64,000 nucleotides of DNA from Candidatus Zixiibacteriota bacterium (GTDB taxonomy: Bacteria > Zixibacteria > MSB-5A5 > JAABVY01 > JAHJOQ01), in the NCBI GenBank assembly GCA_018820315.1, contig JAHJOQ010000092.1, forward strand, positions 6,591-70,590, read 5' to 3'. Position 1 is the stretch's first letter. Each line of letters starts with the position of its first letter. A program made the position numbers and the translations under genes. Shown in pieces: positions 47,608 through 57,127 of this stretch. The notes below the pieces were generated by a model. It was not told where the DNA came from. It made no database searches and saw nothing but the letters and a program-made list of their open reading frames with translations.

Positions 47608-49245
47608 ATGATCAAGTCGAGAGTTGTGACTCTGTTTTTCCTGACTCAGTTTATTGAAATCATTCTTCTGTCGAGTGGGCTCTATGCTCAGCAGAGCACG
47701 TCCGGACCCGAACCATTGCCGGGAACCGACCCGGGACTGCGACCTCCGACGCGATCGCAAGTTGTTATAACAGGTGTACCAGCCTATATATGGCATCATG
47801 GCTGCGGACCTACGGCTGTCGGAATGGTAGTCGGTTTCTGGGATGGCAATGGTTTCTCTGATCTTGTAGAGGGGGACGCGAGCACGATGACGTCGGATGT
47901 GCGGGCAATGATTGCCGACGACAGCGATTATCCCGGTTGTGGTCAAAGTTGGTACGATCACTATCAGGATTACTCATGTCCGATAGATAATGGATCGAAC
48001 ATCGTTCCGGATCGATCCGAATCTGGTGGTGCACATGTGGACAATTGTGTGGCTGACTTCATGCACACGTCAATGAGTAGCTACTGGAACGCATATGGAT
48101 GGAGCTGGTTTGGCGATGATAATCTCGGTTTCGTTGAATATGTCGACCTGGTGCTGCCGGAGGCAAACCCTTATGCGCAATCGGACATGTATGAAGATTT
48201 AACCTTCGATGATTACAAAGAGGAAATCGATAGCAGGCGACCTGTTGTTCTGCTGGTCGACACTGACGGGGACGGCGGAACCGATCACTTCGTGACTGGA
48301 ATCGGATATGACGAAGGCACCTTGAACTACTATGGCATATACGACACATGGGATTATCAGGTCCACTGGTATCGATGGCGACCACTTGCACCCGGCAACT
48401 CCTGGGGGATTTTCGGACTGACGACCTTTGGACTCGATGTCATTTGTGTCGACAGTGATAGCGATGGTTTCGGCGATCCGGGCTATCCTGATAACACGTG
48501 CCCGGAAGACAATTGTCCTTCTGATTTTAATTTTGATCAGGCAGATACAGATAGCGACGGGCTGGGTGATGTATGCGACCCAGACATTGATGATGACTCA
48601 GTCCCCAACGAAGAGGACAACTGTCCCTACACTGTGAATCCGTCTCAGCTCGACGATGACGGTGATGCAATCGGCAACATCTGTGACAATTGTCCCGACA
48701 CGTATAATCCGGAGCAATATGACGAGAATTCCGACGGAACGGGCGACGCATGCGATGGGGATCTTCACATTCAAAGCTACGAACTTCCGGACTGCACAGT
48801 CAATGAGCCTTATTTCTACCAGTTTTGGGCGGTAGGAGGAGTGGAGCCTTACTACTGGCAAAAAATAGGTGGCCAGCCGCCATATGGTTGTGTGTTCACC
48901 GGTGGTCAGGTAGGTACTATCACTGGCACGCCGACATGGGTTGGTGACTACTACCTGATCATTGCGCTGGCTGACTCAGATTCGCCCCCGAACTCTGATA
49001 CGATCGCGGTGTCAGTCTCGGTTATCGAACCTCCTAGGCCGTGCGGCGATGTTACCGGCGAAGGTGGCGTCGATATAGATGACGTTGTTTATCTTATCGC
49101 CTATATTTTCCTGGGTGGTTCAGCCCCCGATCCGCTGGAAATAGGAGATGTAGATTGCAGCGGGCAGATTGACATTGATGATGTTGTTTATATGATAGCT
49201 TACATATTTACTGGTGGACCGGCGCCGTGCGCCGACTGCGAATGA
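47608..49245 (+). CDS. secreted papain-like cysteine peptidase-domain protein (C10/C39-like) with TSP3 repeats and C-terminal dockerin pair; paralog of the upstream gene
   Basis: GGAGGA RBS before ATG 47608. Signal peptide. HHGCGPTAVGM Cys block and HFVTGIGYD His block. TSP3 repeats and terminal region co-linear with 45410..47530. Confidence 0.45.
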   Translation: MIKSRVVTLFFLTQFIEIILLSSGLYAQQSTSGPEPLPGTDPGLRPPTRSQVVITGVPAYIWHHGCGPTAVGMVVGFWDGNGFSDLVEGDASTMTSDVRAMIADDSDYPGCGQSWYDHYQDYSCPIDNGSNIVPDRSESGGAHVDNCVADFMHTSMSSYWNAYGWSWFGDDNLGFVEYVDLVLPEANPYAQSDMYEDLTFDDYKEEIDSRRPVVLLVDTDGDGGTDHFVTGIGYDEGTLNYYGIYDTWDYQVHWYRWRPLAPGNSWGIFGLTTFGLDVICVDSDSDGFGDPGYPDNTCPEDNCPSDFNFDQADTDSDGLGDVCDPDIDDDSVPNEEDNCPYTVNPSQLDDDGDAIGNICDNCPDTYNPEQYDENSDGTGDACDGDLHIQSYELPDCTVNEPYFYQFWAVGGVEPYYWQKIGGQPPYGCVFTGGQVGTITGTPTWVGDYYLIIALADSDSPPNSDTIAVSVSVIEPPRPCGDVTGEGGVDIDDVVYLIAYIFLGGSAPDPLEIGDVDCSGQIDIDDVVYMIAYIFTGGPAPCADCE

Positions 49246-50102
49246 GGGACGAAGTTAAGCAGATTATCATCATCTCGGATGGTACCGGTAAAACGGCCAA
49301 GAGGCTGATGGACGCAGTCCTCTCCCAGTACTCCGGTCACGAAGGGGAATTCCGGCTTGGAAAGATATACAGCTCGGCCAGAACAAGAGAGCAGCTCGAC
49401 AATATCCTCGATGAGATTCCTGATGGGTGCCTTGTCATTTTCTCGATTATCTCCTCCGATGTCTGGACTTACCTGCATGACCGCCTTCACGATGAACAGA
49501 TATTGCACATTAATATTCTCGAACCTATGCTCAGCACAATGGAGAAGTTTCTCGGCCTCCATCCCGAGTACAAACCGGGACTGCTTCATATCATAGATGA
49601 CAGCTACTACAACAAGATTGATGCAATCGGGTATACTGTCGAACACGATGACGGTCTTGGGCACCAGCTCGGTGAAGCCGATCTGGTTATCATCGGACCA
49701 TCGAGAACCTGCAAAACACCTATTAGCATGTACCTGGCATGCAATGAGGGACTGAAGGTCGCCAACATTCCGATTTTCCCCAACGATCAAATGAAGAGCA
49801 GGTTGCTCAAGAGGCTCGAAGAGATAGAGAGTTGCAGGATTTTCGGCGTTACCATGAATCCTGATGTTCTCGTATTTGTGAGAGAAGACAGGGCGGAGTT
49901 TTTTGGCGGCAGCGAGGCAGGCAAGGCGGCGCTTGATGTCTACCGGGACACATCGTATGTGCGGCAGGAGATCACATATCTGAGGAATCTCTGCAGCAGT
50001 CAAGGTTGGCAGGTCGTCGATGTAACGCGAAGAGCGATAGAGGAAATCTCCAACGAAATCATGCACAGGTTGAAGGCTGATTGCGGGTCGTCCCGTCGCT
50101 GA
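49242..50102 (+). CDS. pyruvate, phosphate dikinase / PEP synthetase regulatory protein (PSRP, kinase/pyrophosphorylase, DUF299)
   Basis: IIIISDGTGKTA N-terminal motif and P-loop-like IIGPSRTCKTP. About 286 aa. ATGA overlap with the upstream stop. Confidence 0.78.
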   Translation: MRDEVKQIIIISDGTGKTAKRLMDAVLSQYSGHEGEFRLGKIYSSARTREQLDNILDEIPDGCLVIFSIISSDVWTYLHDRLHDEQILHINILEPMLSTMEKFLGLHPEYKPGLLHIIDDSYYNKIDAIGYTVEHDDGLGHQLGEADLVIIGPSRTCKTPISMYLACNEGLKVANIPIFPNDQMKSRLLKRLEEIESCRIFGVTMNPDVLVFVREDRAEFFGGSEAGKAALDVYRDTSYVRQEITYLRNLCSSQGWQVVDVTRRAIEEISNEIMHRLKADCGSSRR

Positions 50103-50356
50103 AATGAGGATGAGGACAACGGTCCCCACCTGCACATTCTCATTGACTGCAACTCTGGAGTCGCTATATTAAGAATGGTACTGCATCCCGTCATTACTTC
50201 ATTGGCGGAGCACATCGATATAGCAGCATTTTCGAATAATCGGAGGTAAGTGCATCAAGAGTACGATACCTTCCACCGGCTCACATCAAAAGGCTCTCAT
50301 ACATACATTTCCGGCCGACACAAGCATTGTAACACAATCTGGAAGAGAGGCAGTCC

Positions 50357-53032
50357 ATGAAACCAACCGATGCCAGAATTAGCTTCATCTCTGCAGCAGT
50401 GCTGACACTTATGTTGCTCTGCGCCGGTACAAGCGTGCTTCAATCGGGCGAACTGTCCGGAGCGAGATCCGCCTCGGCCGATCCGATCTGGATCTACGAC
50501 TCTGATCTCACTGTAACTCACGTCGAAACCGCCGATCTTAACGCTGACAATATCAAAGATGTTATCGCCAGTGAGTACAGTTCCGATTACTACGGAACGC
50601 CCTCACGGGTGCTCGCCATTGATGGCGCTACCGGCGATACGATTTGGTCGTATTTGATTCAGGATGGTATCCGATCGATGACAATCGGTGATCTCAATAA
50701 TGACGGCGTCGCGGATGTTGTGTTGGGCGCCTCCTACAACGCGACCGGTACACCCGATGGACAGATTCATGCGCTCGATGGCAAGGATGGTGCAGTGATC
50801 TTCACCTGTCCTATCGGCGCAACAATCGAAGATGTTGTGATCGGCAATTTTACCGGCGATGAGAATATGGATGTGGTCGCCGCCAGCTTTGATGATTATG
50901 TCTACGCTGTCGATGGAGAAAGCGGCGCCCTGCTCTGGAGCAACGAAATTGGCAGCATGTTTGTCAATGCGGTCGCCGCCGCAGATGTCAACAACGATAA
51001 CATCGATGATGTAGCTTATGCTCATGAGTACTTAGCGGGATACGACAATTATTACGGCATGCTTGATGGCACCGACGGTTCTGATATCTGGGCCGATACA
51101 GTGCCGTATGTCGTTGTAGATGTATTGCTCGCGGATGTCGACGGAGATTCGGACATCGAATTGATCGTAGGAGGAATCTACAGCGACGATCATGCTGAGC
51201 TGTTTGTGCGTGATGCTGCGAAAGGCGATCTCGAATGGTCATACAATCTCGGCAGTGTCGAGCATGTGAATGGAAATATTCTAATCGAAACTCATGATGT
51301 TGATCAGGACACTGACCTCGATATAGTCGTTGGTCTGTATCTTGGGCCGAGTCCCATGCTGGCATTCGACGGCTCCGGACCGACTGCCATGTGGGTAGCT
51401 GATCCTATTGGAGTGAACACTCGCGATATGACTTTTGGCGATTTCACGGGTGACTACAATCTCGAAATCGCCGTCGCAGGTGGCGACAGGGTGGTGGTGC
51501 TGAAGGCTGATGGTGGTGAGGAGCTTTACTATTATGCTGTCGGAGGATCGATGTACAGTGTCGCAACAGGCGATTTCGATGACGACGGCGTGACGGACAT
51601 CGCAGCCGGGGGCGGTGCTGATTTCACCGGCACTCCGCCCAACCCTCTGAAATCAGTCTGGGCACTCAAGACAGTCGTCTCCACGGTTAAATGGGAATTC
51701 GATTTCGGCAGCTACGGAAATGCGATAGCGATGGGTGATCTAAATGGCGACGGTTGCGACGATGTCGTAGGTGTCTGCTCGAGCACCCGGGAGGCATGGG
51801 CTATCGACGGCGACAAAGGGACCGAACTTTGGCATTGGCAGGCGTCTGATAACTTGTTCTGCGTCACAATTGATGACTTTGACGGCAATGGTCTCGGTGA
51901 TGTCGCTGTCGGCGGCTACGACAATATTGTCACAGCACTCAACGGAGAGACAGGGTTGGTGCTGTGGCAGTTTGTGGACGCGACCGATGATTACTACCGC
52001 AAATGCCTGAAATCCGCAGACTTGAATGGCGACGGCAACTTCGATGTGATCGCCGGTAATGAAGATAACTTCATCTATGCGATAAATGGCGAAAGCGGAG
52101 GATCGCTCTGGTCCTACGATTGCGGATCGGATGCCACGGACGTGATAGTTATGCAAATGAATGGCACAGGACCGCTGGATGTGATCGCAACAGTGGGCAG
52201 TGGGAAAGTAGTCGTTGTCGACGGTTCCGATGGCTCGGAGCTTTGGACGTTTGATGGTCCCGCCGGATTAGAGCACCTTGCCGATCACAACATGCTCGAT
52301 TTTCCAGCGGAATCATTCTTCGATGTCTTCTGTGCTGTGACACCATCTGGCACAAAAGGCGTCATAAAGGTGAACTCAGAGAGTCACGATCAGGATTGGT
52401 TTACGCCTCTCGCTATCGGCTCCAACACGCACGGTATGTGGTGCGATGATGTCAATGACGACGGAGTTGCAGACGTGGCAGTAAACGGTGGGACAACAGC
52501 GAGCTACGTGACACTTCTCGATGGAGTCACCGGAGAGATTCTCTGGGACTTCCCGACGGGAGGAGAAGTCAATACGGTCGTAATCTACGATGTTAATCTC
52601 GACGGACTAAATGAAGTAATCGCCGGATCCGACGATCAGAATGTCTACGCACTGAACGGTCAAACAGGCGAGCTCATCTGGAATTATAGCACGGCAGATG
52701 ACGTGATTCATGTCCTGGTCGGCGATGTCGACTGTGACGGCAGACCGAATATTGCATGTGTGACGTTCGGCAGTGATGGGGTCATCTATGCCTTCGAATC
52801 GCTTGCCCCCATCGGTCCGTCATATGTCTGCGGCGATGCTGACGGCAGCGAAGCGGTAGATATCGACGACGTCGTATTTCTGATAACATATATATTCGCA
52901 AGCGGACCAGCGCCCGATCCACTCGATTCTGGAGAAGTCGACTGCACTGGAGCTATTGATATCGATGATGTAGTTTACTTGATAGCGTACATATTTGCGA
53001 GCGGCCCCGCGCCGTGCGCGAATTGCCTGTAG
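50357..53032 (+). CDS. secreted FG-GAP/VCBS-repeat beta-propeller protein with C-terminal dockerin pair
   Basis: Signal peptide. More than 12 repeats of the DxNxDGxxD(V/I) type (DLNNDGVADVVLGA, DVNNDNIDDVAY, DLNGDGCDDVVG...). Terminal DIDDVVFLITYIFASGPAP / DIDDVVYLIAYIFASGPAPC. Confidence 0.6.
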   Translation: MKPTDARISFISAAVLTLMLLCAGTSVLQSGELSGARSASADPIWIYDSDLTVTHVETADLNADNIKDVIASEYSSDYYGTPSRVLAIDGATGDTIWSYLIQDGIRSMTIGDLNNDGVADVVLGASYNATGTPDGQIHALDGKDGAVIFTCPIGATIEDVVIGNFTGDENMDVVAASFDDYVYAVDGESGALLWSNEIGSMFVNAVAAADVNNDNIDDVAYAHEYLAGYDNYYGMLDGTDGSDIWADTVPYVVVDVLLADVDGDSDIELIVGGIYSDDHAELFVRDAAKGDLEWSYNLGSVEHVNGNILIETHDVDQDTDLDIVVGLYLGPSPMLAFDGSGPTAMWVADPIGVNTRDMTFGDFTGDYNLEIAVAGGDRVVVLKADGGEELYYYAVGGSMYSVATGDFDDDGVTDIAAGGGADFTGTPPNPLKSVWALKTVVSTVKWEFDFGSYGNAIAMGDLNGDGCDDVVGVCSSTREAWAIDGDKGTELWHWQASDNLFCVTIDDFDGNGLGDVAVGGYDNIVTALNGETGLVLWQFVDATDDYYRKCLKSADLNGDGNFDVIAGNEDNFIYAINGESGGSLWSYDCGSDATDVIVMQMNGTGPLDVIATVGSGKVVVVDGSDGSELWTFDGPAGLEHLADHNMLDFPAESFFDVFCAVTPSGTKGVIKVNSESHDQDWFTPLAIGSNTHGMWCDDVNDDGVADVAVNGGTTASYVTLLDGVTGEILWDFPTGGEVNTVVIYDVNLDGLNEVIAGSDDQNVYALNGQTGELIWNYSTADDVIHVLVGDVDCDGRPNIACVTFGSDGVIYAFESLAPIGPSYVCGDADGSEAVDIDDVVFLITYIFASGPAPDPLDSGEVDCTGAIDIDDVVYLIAYIFASGPAPCANCL

Positions 53033-53057
53033 TAGGGTGTTTTACGAGGGGGAATAT

Positions 53058-53093
53058 GGTGGCCTGCTCTCGCAGCGGGCCACCTTCTGTTTC
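53058..53093 (+). terminator. rho-independent terminator after the FG-GAP gene
   Basis: GGTGGCCTGC...GCAGCGGGCCACC hairpin followed by TTCTGTTTC. Confidence 0.6.
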
Positions 53094-53115
53094 AATAAGC
53101 AGGGTTAAAAACAGC

Positions 53116-53143
53116 TTGCATCGACCGAAAAAGCGTATATATT
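53116..53143 (+). promoter_or_regulatory. candidate promoter (TTGCAT-N16-TATATT) for tRNA-Tyr
   Basis: Hexamers located 14-40 nt upstream of the tRNA 5-prime end. Confidence 0.45.
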
Positions 53144-53156
53144 GTCGCCTCGACAT

Positions 53157-53238
53157 GGAGGGGTTCCCGAGTGGCCAAAGGGAACAGACTGTAAATCTGT
53201 CGTCAACGACTTCGGAGGTTCGAATCCTCCCCCCTCCA
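53157..53238 (+). tRNA. tRNA-Tyr (anticodon GUA), class II with long variable arm
   Basis: GGAGGGGTTCCCGAGTGGCCAAAGGGAACAGACTGTAAATCTGT...GGAGGTTCGAATCCTCCCCCCTCCA is near-identical in architecture to bacterial tRNA-Tyr. Anticodon loop CTGTAAA. Confidence 0.88.
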
Positions 53239-53244
53239 TATGAT

Positions 53245-53273
53245 CCAGACGGTAATGACTGTCTGGCTTTTTT
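53245..53273 (+). terminator. rho-independent terminator after tRNA-Tyr
   Basis: CCAGACGG-TAATGA-CTGTCTGG hairpin followed by CTTTTTT. Confidence 0.7.
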
Positions 53274-53691
53274 GTCTCGGCGTGAATTCTCCAATCGTCC
53301 GGCACCGGGAGTTGCTTTCTTACTGCATATTTCCTTGACAACACCTCAAGAATGCAATGATTTCAAATAAGGTTGCATGCACAGTACAAATCGAGTGAAA
53401 AGAGAATACGATTGGTTCGGCAAAAGTCACTCAGCCTGAGTTAAAGCGTGCCTGAAGCTACCGTATTCTCGCGGCATTCCAGTGCTGTTCAGGTTTGAAG
53501 ATCACTGTTCGCTCTGAGAACAGGTATTTGTTGCTGTTGCTGATCTCTTGATTTAGTGCGACAGCACCTATCCTTCCAAACGGCAACCCCTTGTCAATTG
53601 ATGCATTTCATCCCCGCAAACAGCACGCGATTTGCTCTATGATTAGGTACAACCTGAGAGGCTGAAACACAGCCTGAAAGGAGATCATAAC

Positions 53692-55158
53692 ATGAATAGG
53701 CATACGCTGATTTTTGCAGGAGTCCTCCTGCTGATATTAGGCGCGAGCTGTGGTCATGAACAGCTTCCAACGAACTCAACCGATGCTTTCTCACAGGGGG
53801 CGGGGATAGGATCGGACGACTCTTCACAAAGCCTTGAGATCATTTCGGCCAAACTCAACTTCTTTGTTGTCGTGCCTAATGGCCAACCAGTCTACCTCCA
53901 TCGAATCGAGGAAGCCTGGGATCCTGCAACAGTGAGCTGGAATACGTTTGCAGGGGCATACAGTTTGGATGTCGAAGGTTCGGTAACGGTTGCGGCAGGG
54001 GGATGGCACTCTGCGGATATTACCGGTCTTGTGCAAGGCTGGACAATGGATTCTGTCTCGAATCACGGCGTTCTGCTTGAGCAGTCTGCTCCGGCTGGAG
54101 CTCCGGTTGCCATGCACAGCAGCGAAAAAGTCGGCTTCTCTCCGTTTATCGAGATATGCTATGCGACCATGGGCAGCATGATCTGTGATACTGTCATGCC
54201 GTCAGGCGATGCCTTCATTGATCAGGCGCTGCCCGACGCGTCAACAGGCAGCAACCAGATACTCCTTCTCGGAAAGATGATGATGCCAAATGCGGAGAAG
54301 CAGGCACTTCTCCAGTTCAATATGCCGGACATGGTCTACGACGTCGAATACTCATCCATCAACGGCGTTGTGTGGGAGGATGACGATCAGGACGGCATTC
54401 TTGACCCGGGCGAAACTGGAATCTCAGGGATTCGCGTCAACCTATATGATTGTCAGGACGTTCTTCTTGACAGCACTCTGTCCAACCAGTCTGGATCATA
54501 CAAATACGATAGCCTGCTGGCAGGCGGTTTTGTTGTGGAATTCATGGCGCCGTCTGGCTACTTCTTCAGCCCGCAGGATCAGGGGCCGAGTGATGTTATA
54601 GACAGTGACGTTGATCCGTCAACGGGGCGCACGGAATGCTTCGCGCTTGGCGAAGGGGAAGATGCACTGAATTGGTCTGCCGGATTATACGCTCCGGTGT
54701 TGATTGACTCCGGGTGTACGCGACCATTGGCTTATTGGAAGAGACTCGTCGGTGGTCTACAGGTTAGCAACATCTCGTCGCTTCTCCCGATATGGCTTGG
54801 GGCCAACATCGGTTCCAGCAGCATATGTGTTGAGGATGCTCGGGATGTCTTTGATGTGCTTAGGATGAGAACTTATGGTTCGCCCTGGAATGGCATCACG
54901 AGACTGTACGCGCAATTGCTTGTAACAAAGCTGAACATTGCCTCAGGTGCATTACCTGACGAGGTTGAAACCGAGATGAAGAACGCTGATGCGTTCCTCG
55001 CACTGAACTCCTGGTCCGATTGGAGAGGTCTCGACAGGCAGAAAAAGTACATGGTCATAAAGTGGATATGGAAATTCCAGAGATACAACAACGGTGTCAT
55101 TGGACCTGGCCGCTGCGGTCAGGTAGGGAATTCACTTGAGGATGAAGCCAGCCGCTGA
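53692..55158 (+). CDS. secreted hypothetical protein with SdrD-B/Cna-B-like Ca-binding beta-sandwich domain
   Basis: Signal peptide LIFAGVLLLILGASC. Segment INGVVWEDDDQDGILDPGETGISGIRVNLYD...SGSYKYDSL is SdrD B-like. Confidence 0.5.
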   Translation: MNRHTLIFAGVLLLILGASCGHEQLPTNSTDAFSQGAGIGSDDSSQSLEIISAKLNFFVVVPNGQPVYLHRIEEAWDPATVSWNTFAGAYSLDVEGSVTVAAGGWHSADITGLVQGWTMDSVSNHGVLLEQSAPAGAPVAMHSSEKVGFSPFIEICYATMGSMICDTVMPSGDAFIDQALPDASTGSNQILLLGKMMMPNAEKQALLQFNMPDMVYDVEYSSINGVVWEDDDQDGILDPGETGISGIRVNLYDCQDVLLDSTLSNQSGSYKYDSLLAGGFVVEFMAPSGYFFSPQDQGPSDVIDSDVDPSTGRTECFALGEGEDALNWSAGLYAPVLIDSGCTRPLAYWKRLVGGLQVSNISSLLPIWLGANIGSSSICVEDARDVFDVLRMRTYGSPWNGITRLYAQLLVTKLNIASGALPDEVETEMKNADAFLALNSWSDWRGLDRQKKYMVIKWIWKFQRYNNGVIGPGRCGQVGNSLEDEASR

Positions 55159-55473
55159 GCTGGAAGTGACCGGAGAACTACTTACGGCAGGTTCCGATGT
55201 CGGTGATACCGATATCGAGCCTGCACTTTGAGTGATTACAGGAGCTTTGCTCCAGTGAGATGACCCCATACTGTGTTCTGATCCCAGATCCCTGCTGATA
55301 ATTTTCTACTGAGTTCCCCAAGAAAATTCTGGAACCGTGGAATATCTTCAATGTAGAAATATATTCGAAGACTATGAACACATGCGCATGAAGGCAAGAT
55401 CAAAAAAACTCTTGATTTTCTAACAGCGATTTCATAAAGTAGCAATTCAAAGATATCAGATTTTGTAAGATAT

Positions 55474-56415
55474 ATGATTGAGATAAAGAATCTATCCAAA
55501 TACTACGGCGACTTTCCCGCTGTCGATGATATCTCATTCGAGGTACCCAAAGGACAGATACTCGGATTCCTGGGTCCGAACGGCGCGGGCAAGACGACGA
55601 CAGTCCGTGTGGTGACGGGATTTCTTCCTCCGACCTACGGAACTGTGCTCGTTGATGGTTACGATATCTCATCCGATTCAATAGAAGTCCGCAAACGCAT
55701 CGGATATCTGCCGGAGAATACGCCGCTTTATACCGAAATGAATGTCATCGACTACCTTAAGTTCATCGTTGATATGCGCAAAGATGGCATCTCCCGACCG
55801 GGCAAGCGGATAAAGCAGGTCGTAGAGCAGTGTGGACTTGGTGATGTCACGTACAAGGATATCGGTGAACTCTCCAAAGGCTTCCGCCAGAGAGTCGGCA
55901 TTGCGCAGGCGATGGTACACGATCCGCCGATTCTCATCCTCGATGAGCCGACGGCAGGGCTCGATCCGAATCAGATTGTCGAGATTCGCAGACTTATCAA
56001 AGATCTCGGTCGAGAAAAGACGGTTATACTCTGTTCGCATATACTTCCCGAAGTGGAGGCGACGTGCGCTCGTGTTGTAATCATTCATAATGGCAAGATT
56101 GCGGCTGATGGCAGTCCTAAGGAGCTGCAGGCGTCATCGGAAGGGAAGGGGACTGTTTACATACAGATCAAGGGCGCCGGTCCGGAACTAACACAGAAGC
56201 TGGAGAGTGTCCCCGGCGTAGAGCGAGTGACGGATGCCCGGAACATTGGAGAGAACATCTCTGATTTCACTTTGGAAGTCTTCAAAGGCGCTGATCCGCG
56301 CGAAGATCTGTTTAGGCTTTGCGTGCACAACAATCTCGTGTTGCTGGAGATGAACCGGCGCGAGATTTCACTGGAAGATGTGTTCCATGCTCTGACAAAA
56401 GCGGAGGGCATGTAG
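55474..56415 (+). CDS. gldA: ABC transporter ATP-binding protein (GldA-like, ABC-2 family)
   Basis: Walker A GPNGAGKTT. Signature LSKGFRQRVGIAQA. Walker B ILILDEPTAGLD. H-loop. Confidence 0.7.
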   Translation: MIEIKNLSKYYGDFPAVDDISFEVPKGQILGFLGPNGAGKTTTVRVVTGFLPPTYGTVLVDGYDISSDSIEVRKRIGYLPENTPLYTEMNVIDYLKFIVDMRKDGISRPGKRIKQVVEQCGLGDVTYKDIGELSKGFRQRVGIAQAMVHDPPILILDEPTAGLDPNQIVEIRRLIKDLGREKTVILCSHILPEVEATCARVVIIHNGKIAADGSPKELQASSEGKGTVYIQIKGAGPELTQKLESVPGVERVTDARNIGENISDFTLEVFKGADPREDLFRLCVHNNLVLLEMNRREISLEDVFHALTKAEGM

Positions 56416-57126
56416 ATGTCGAATATCTGGGTGCTTACACGTCGCGAACTGAAAGCATATTTCAGTTCACCGATTGCATATATCATAATGACTCTCTTTC
56501 TGCTGTTCTCTGCGTGGTTTTTCGCGTCATCACTTTTTCTTGCAAACACTGCAGATCTGAGAAGTCTTTTCTCCGGCGCGAGGATGCTGTTGCTCTTTTT
56601 CGTACCGGCATTAGCGATGCGGATGCTTGCGGAGGAGAAACGCTCAGGAACGATTGAGATTCTCTCGACCATGCCACTGAAAGACTGGCAGCTTGTGCTC
56701 GGCAAGTTCATTCCGTCATTCCTGCTGATATCGATCACGCTGCTTCTGACACTTGTTCACTATATCACGCTGGTCATTCTCGGGAATCCCGATTTTGGCG
56801 CGTCATTCGGCGGGTACGTGGGGATGTTCTTCATGTCGGGAGTCTATCTGTCGATTGGCCTATTCACGTCGAGCTTAACGAAGAATCAGATCGTGGCATT
56901 CATCACAGCATTCGTGATTATATTTGTTCTCTTTCTGCTCGATAAGATCGTAATCTTCATGCCGAGCTATGTCGCGACCATCTTCGAGTTCCTTTCGACC
57001 GACTATCACTACGAGAATATAGCACGAGGCGTTATTGATAGCCGCGATGTGATCTACTACGTGTCGTTGATTTTCTTTTTCCTGTTCCTGACGGTCAAGT
57101 CGCTTGAAACGAGGAAGTGGAAGTAG
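56416..57126 (+). CDS. gldF: ABC-2 family permease (GldF-like)
   Basis: Six predicted TM helices, immediately after the ATPase gene. Confidence 0.6.
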   Translation: MSNIWVLTRRELKAYFSSPIAYIIMTLFLLFSAWFFASSLFLANTADLRSLFSGARMLLLFFVPALAMRMLAEEKRSGTIEILSTMPLKDWQLVLGKFIPSFLLISITLLLTLVHYITLVILGNPDFGASFGGYVGMFFMSGVYLSIGLFTSSLTKNQIVAFITAFVIIFVLFLLDKIVIFMPSYVATIFEFLSTDYHYENIARGVIDSRDVIYYVSLIFFFLFLTVKSLETRKWK

Positions 57127-57127
57127 T

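Noticed and set aside
49200-50135. 311-aa minus-strand ORF
   Set aside because: Completely antisense to the well-supported PSRP gene (49242-50102) and overlapping the dockerin gene end. No motifs. Typical shadow ORF of a GC-balanced coding region.
53014-53370. 118-aa ORF overlapping tRNA-Tyr
   Set aside because: Runs through the tRNA-Tyr gene and its terminator. Spurious.
56157-56738. 193-aa minus-strand ORF
   Set aside because: Antisense across the gldA/gldF junction.
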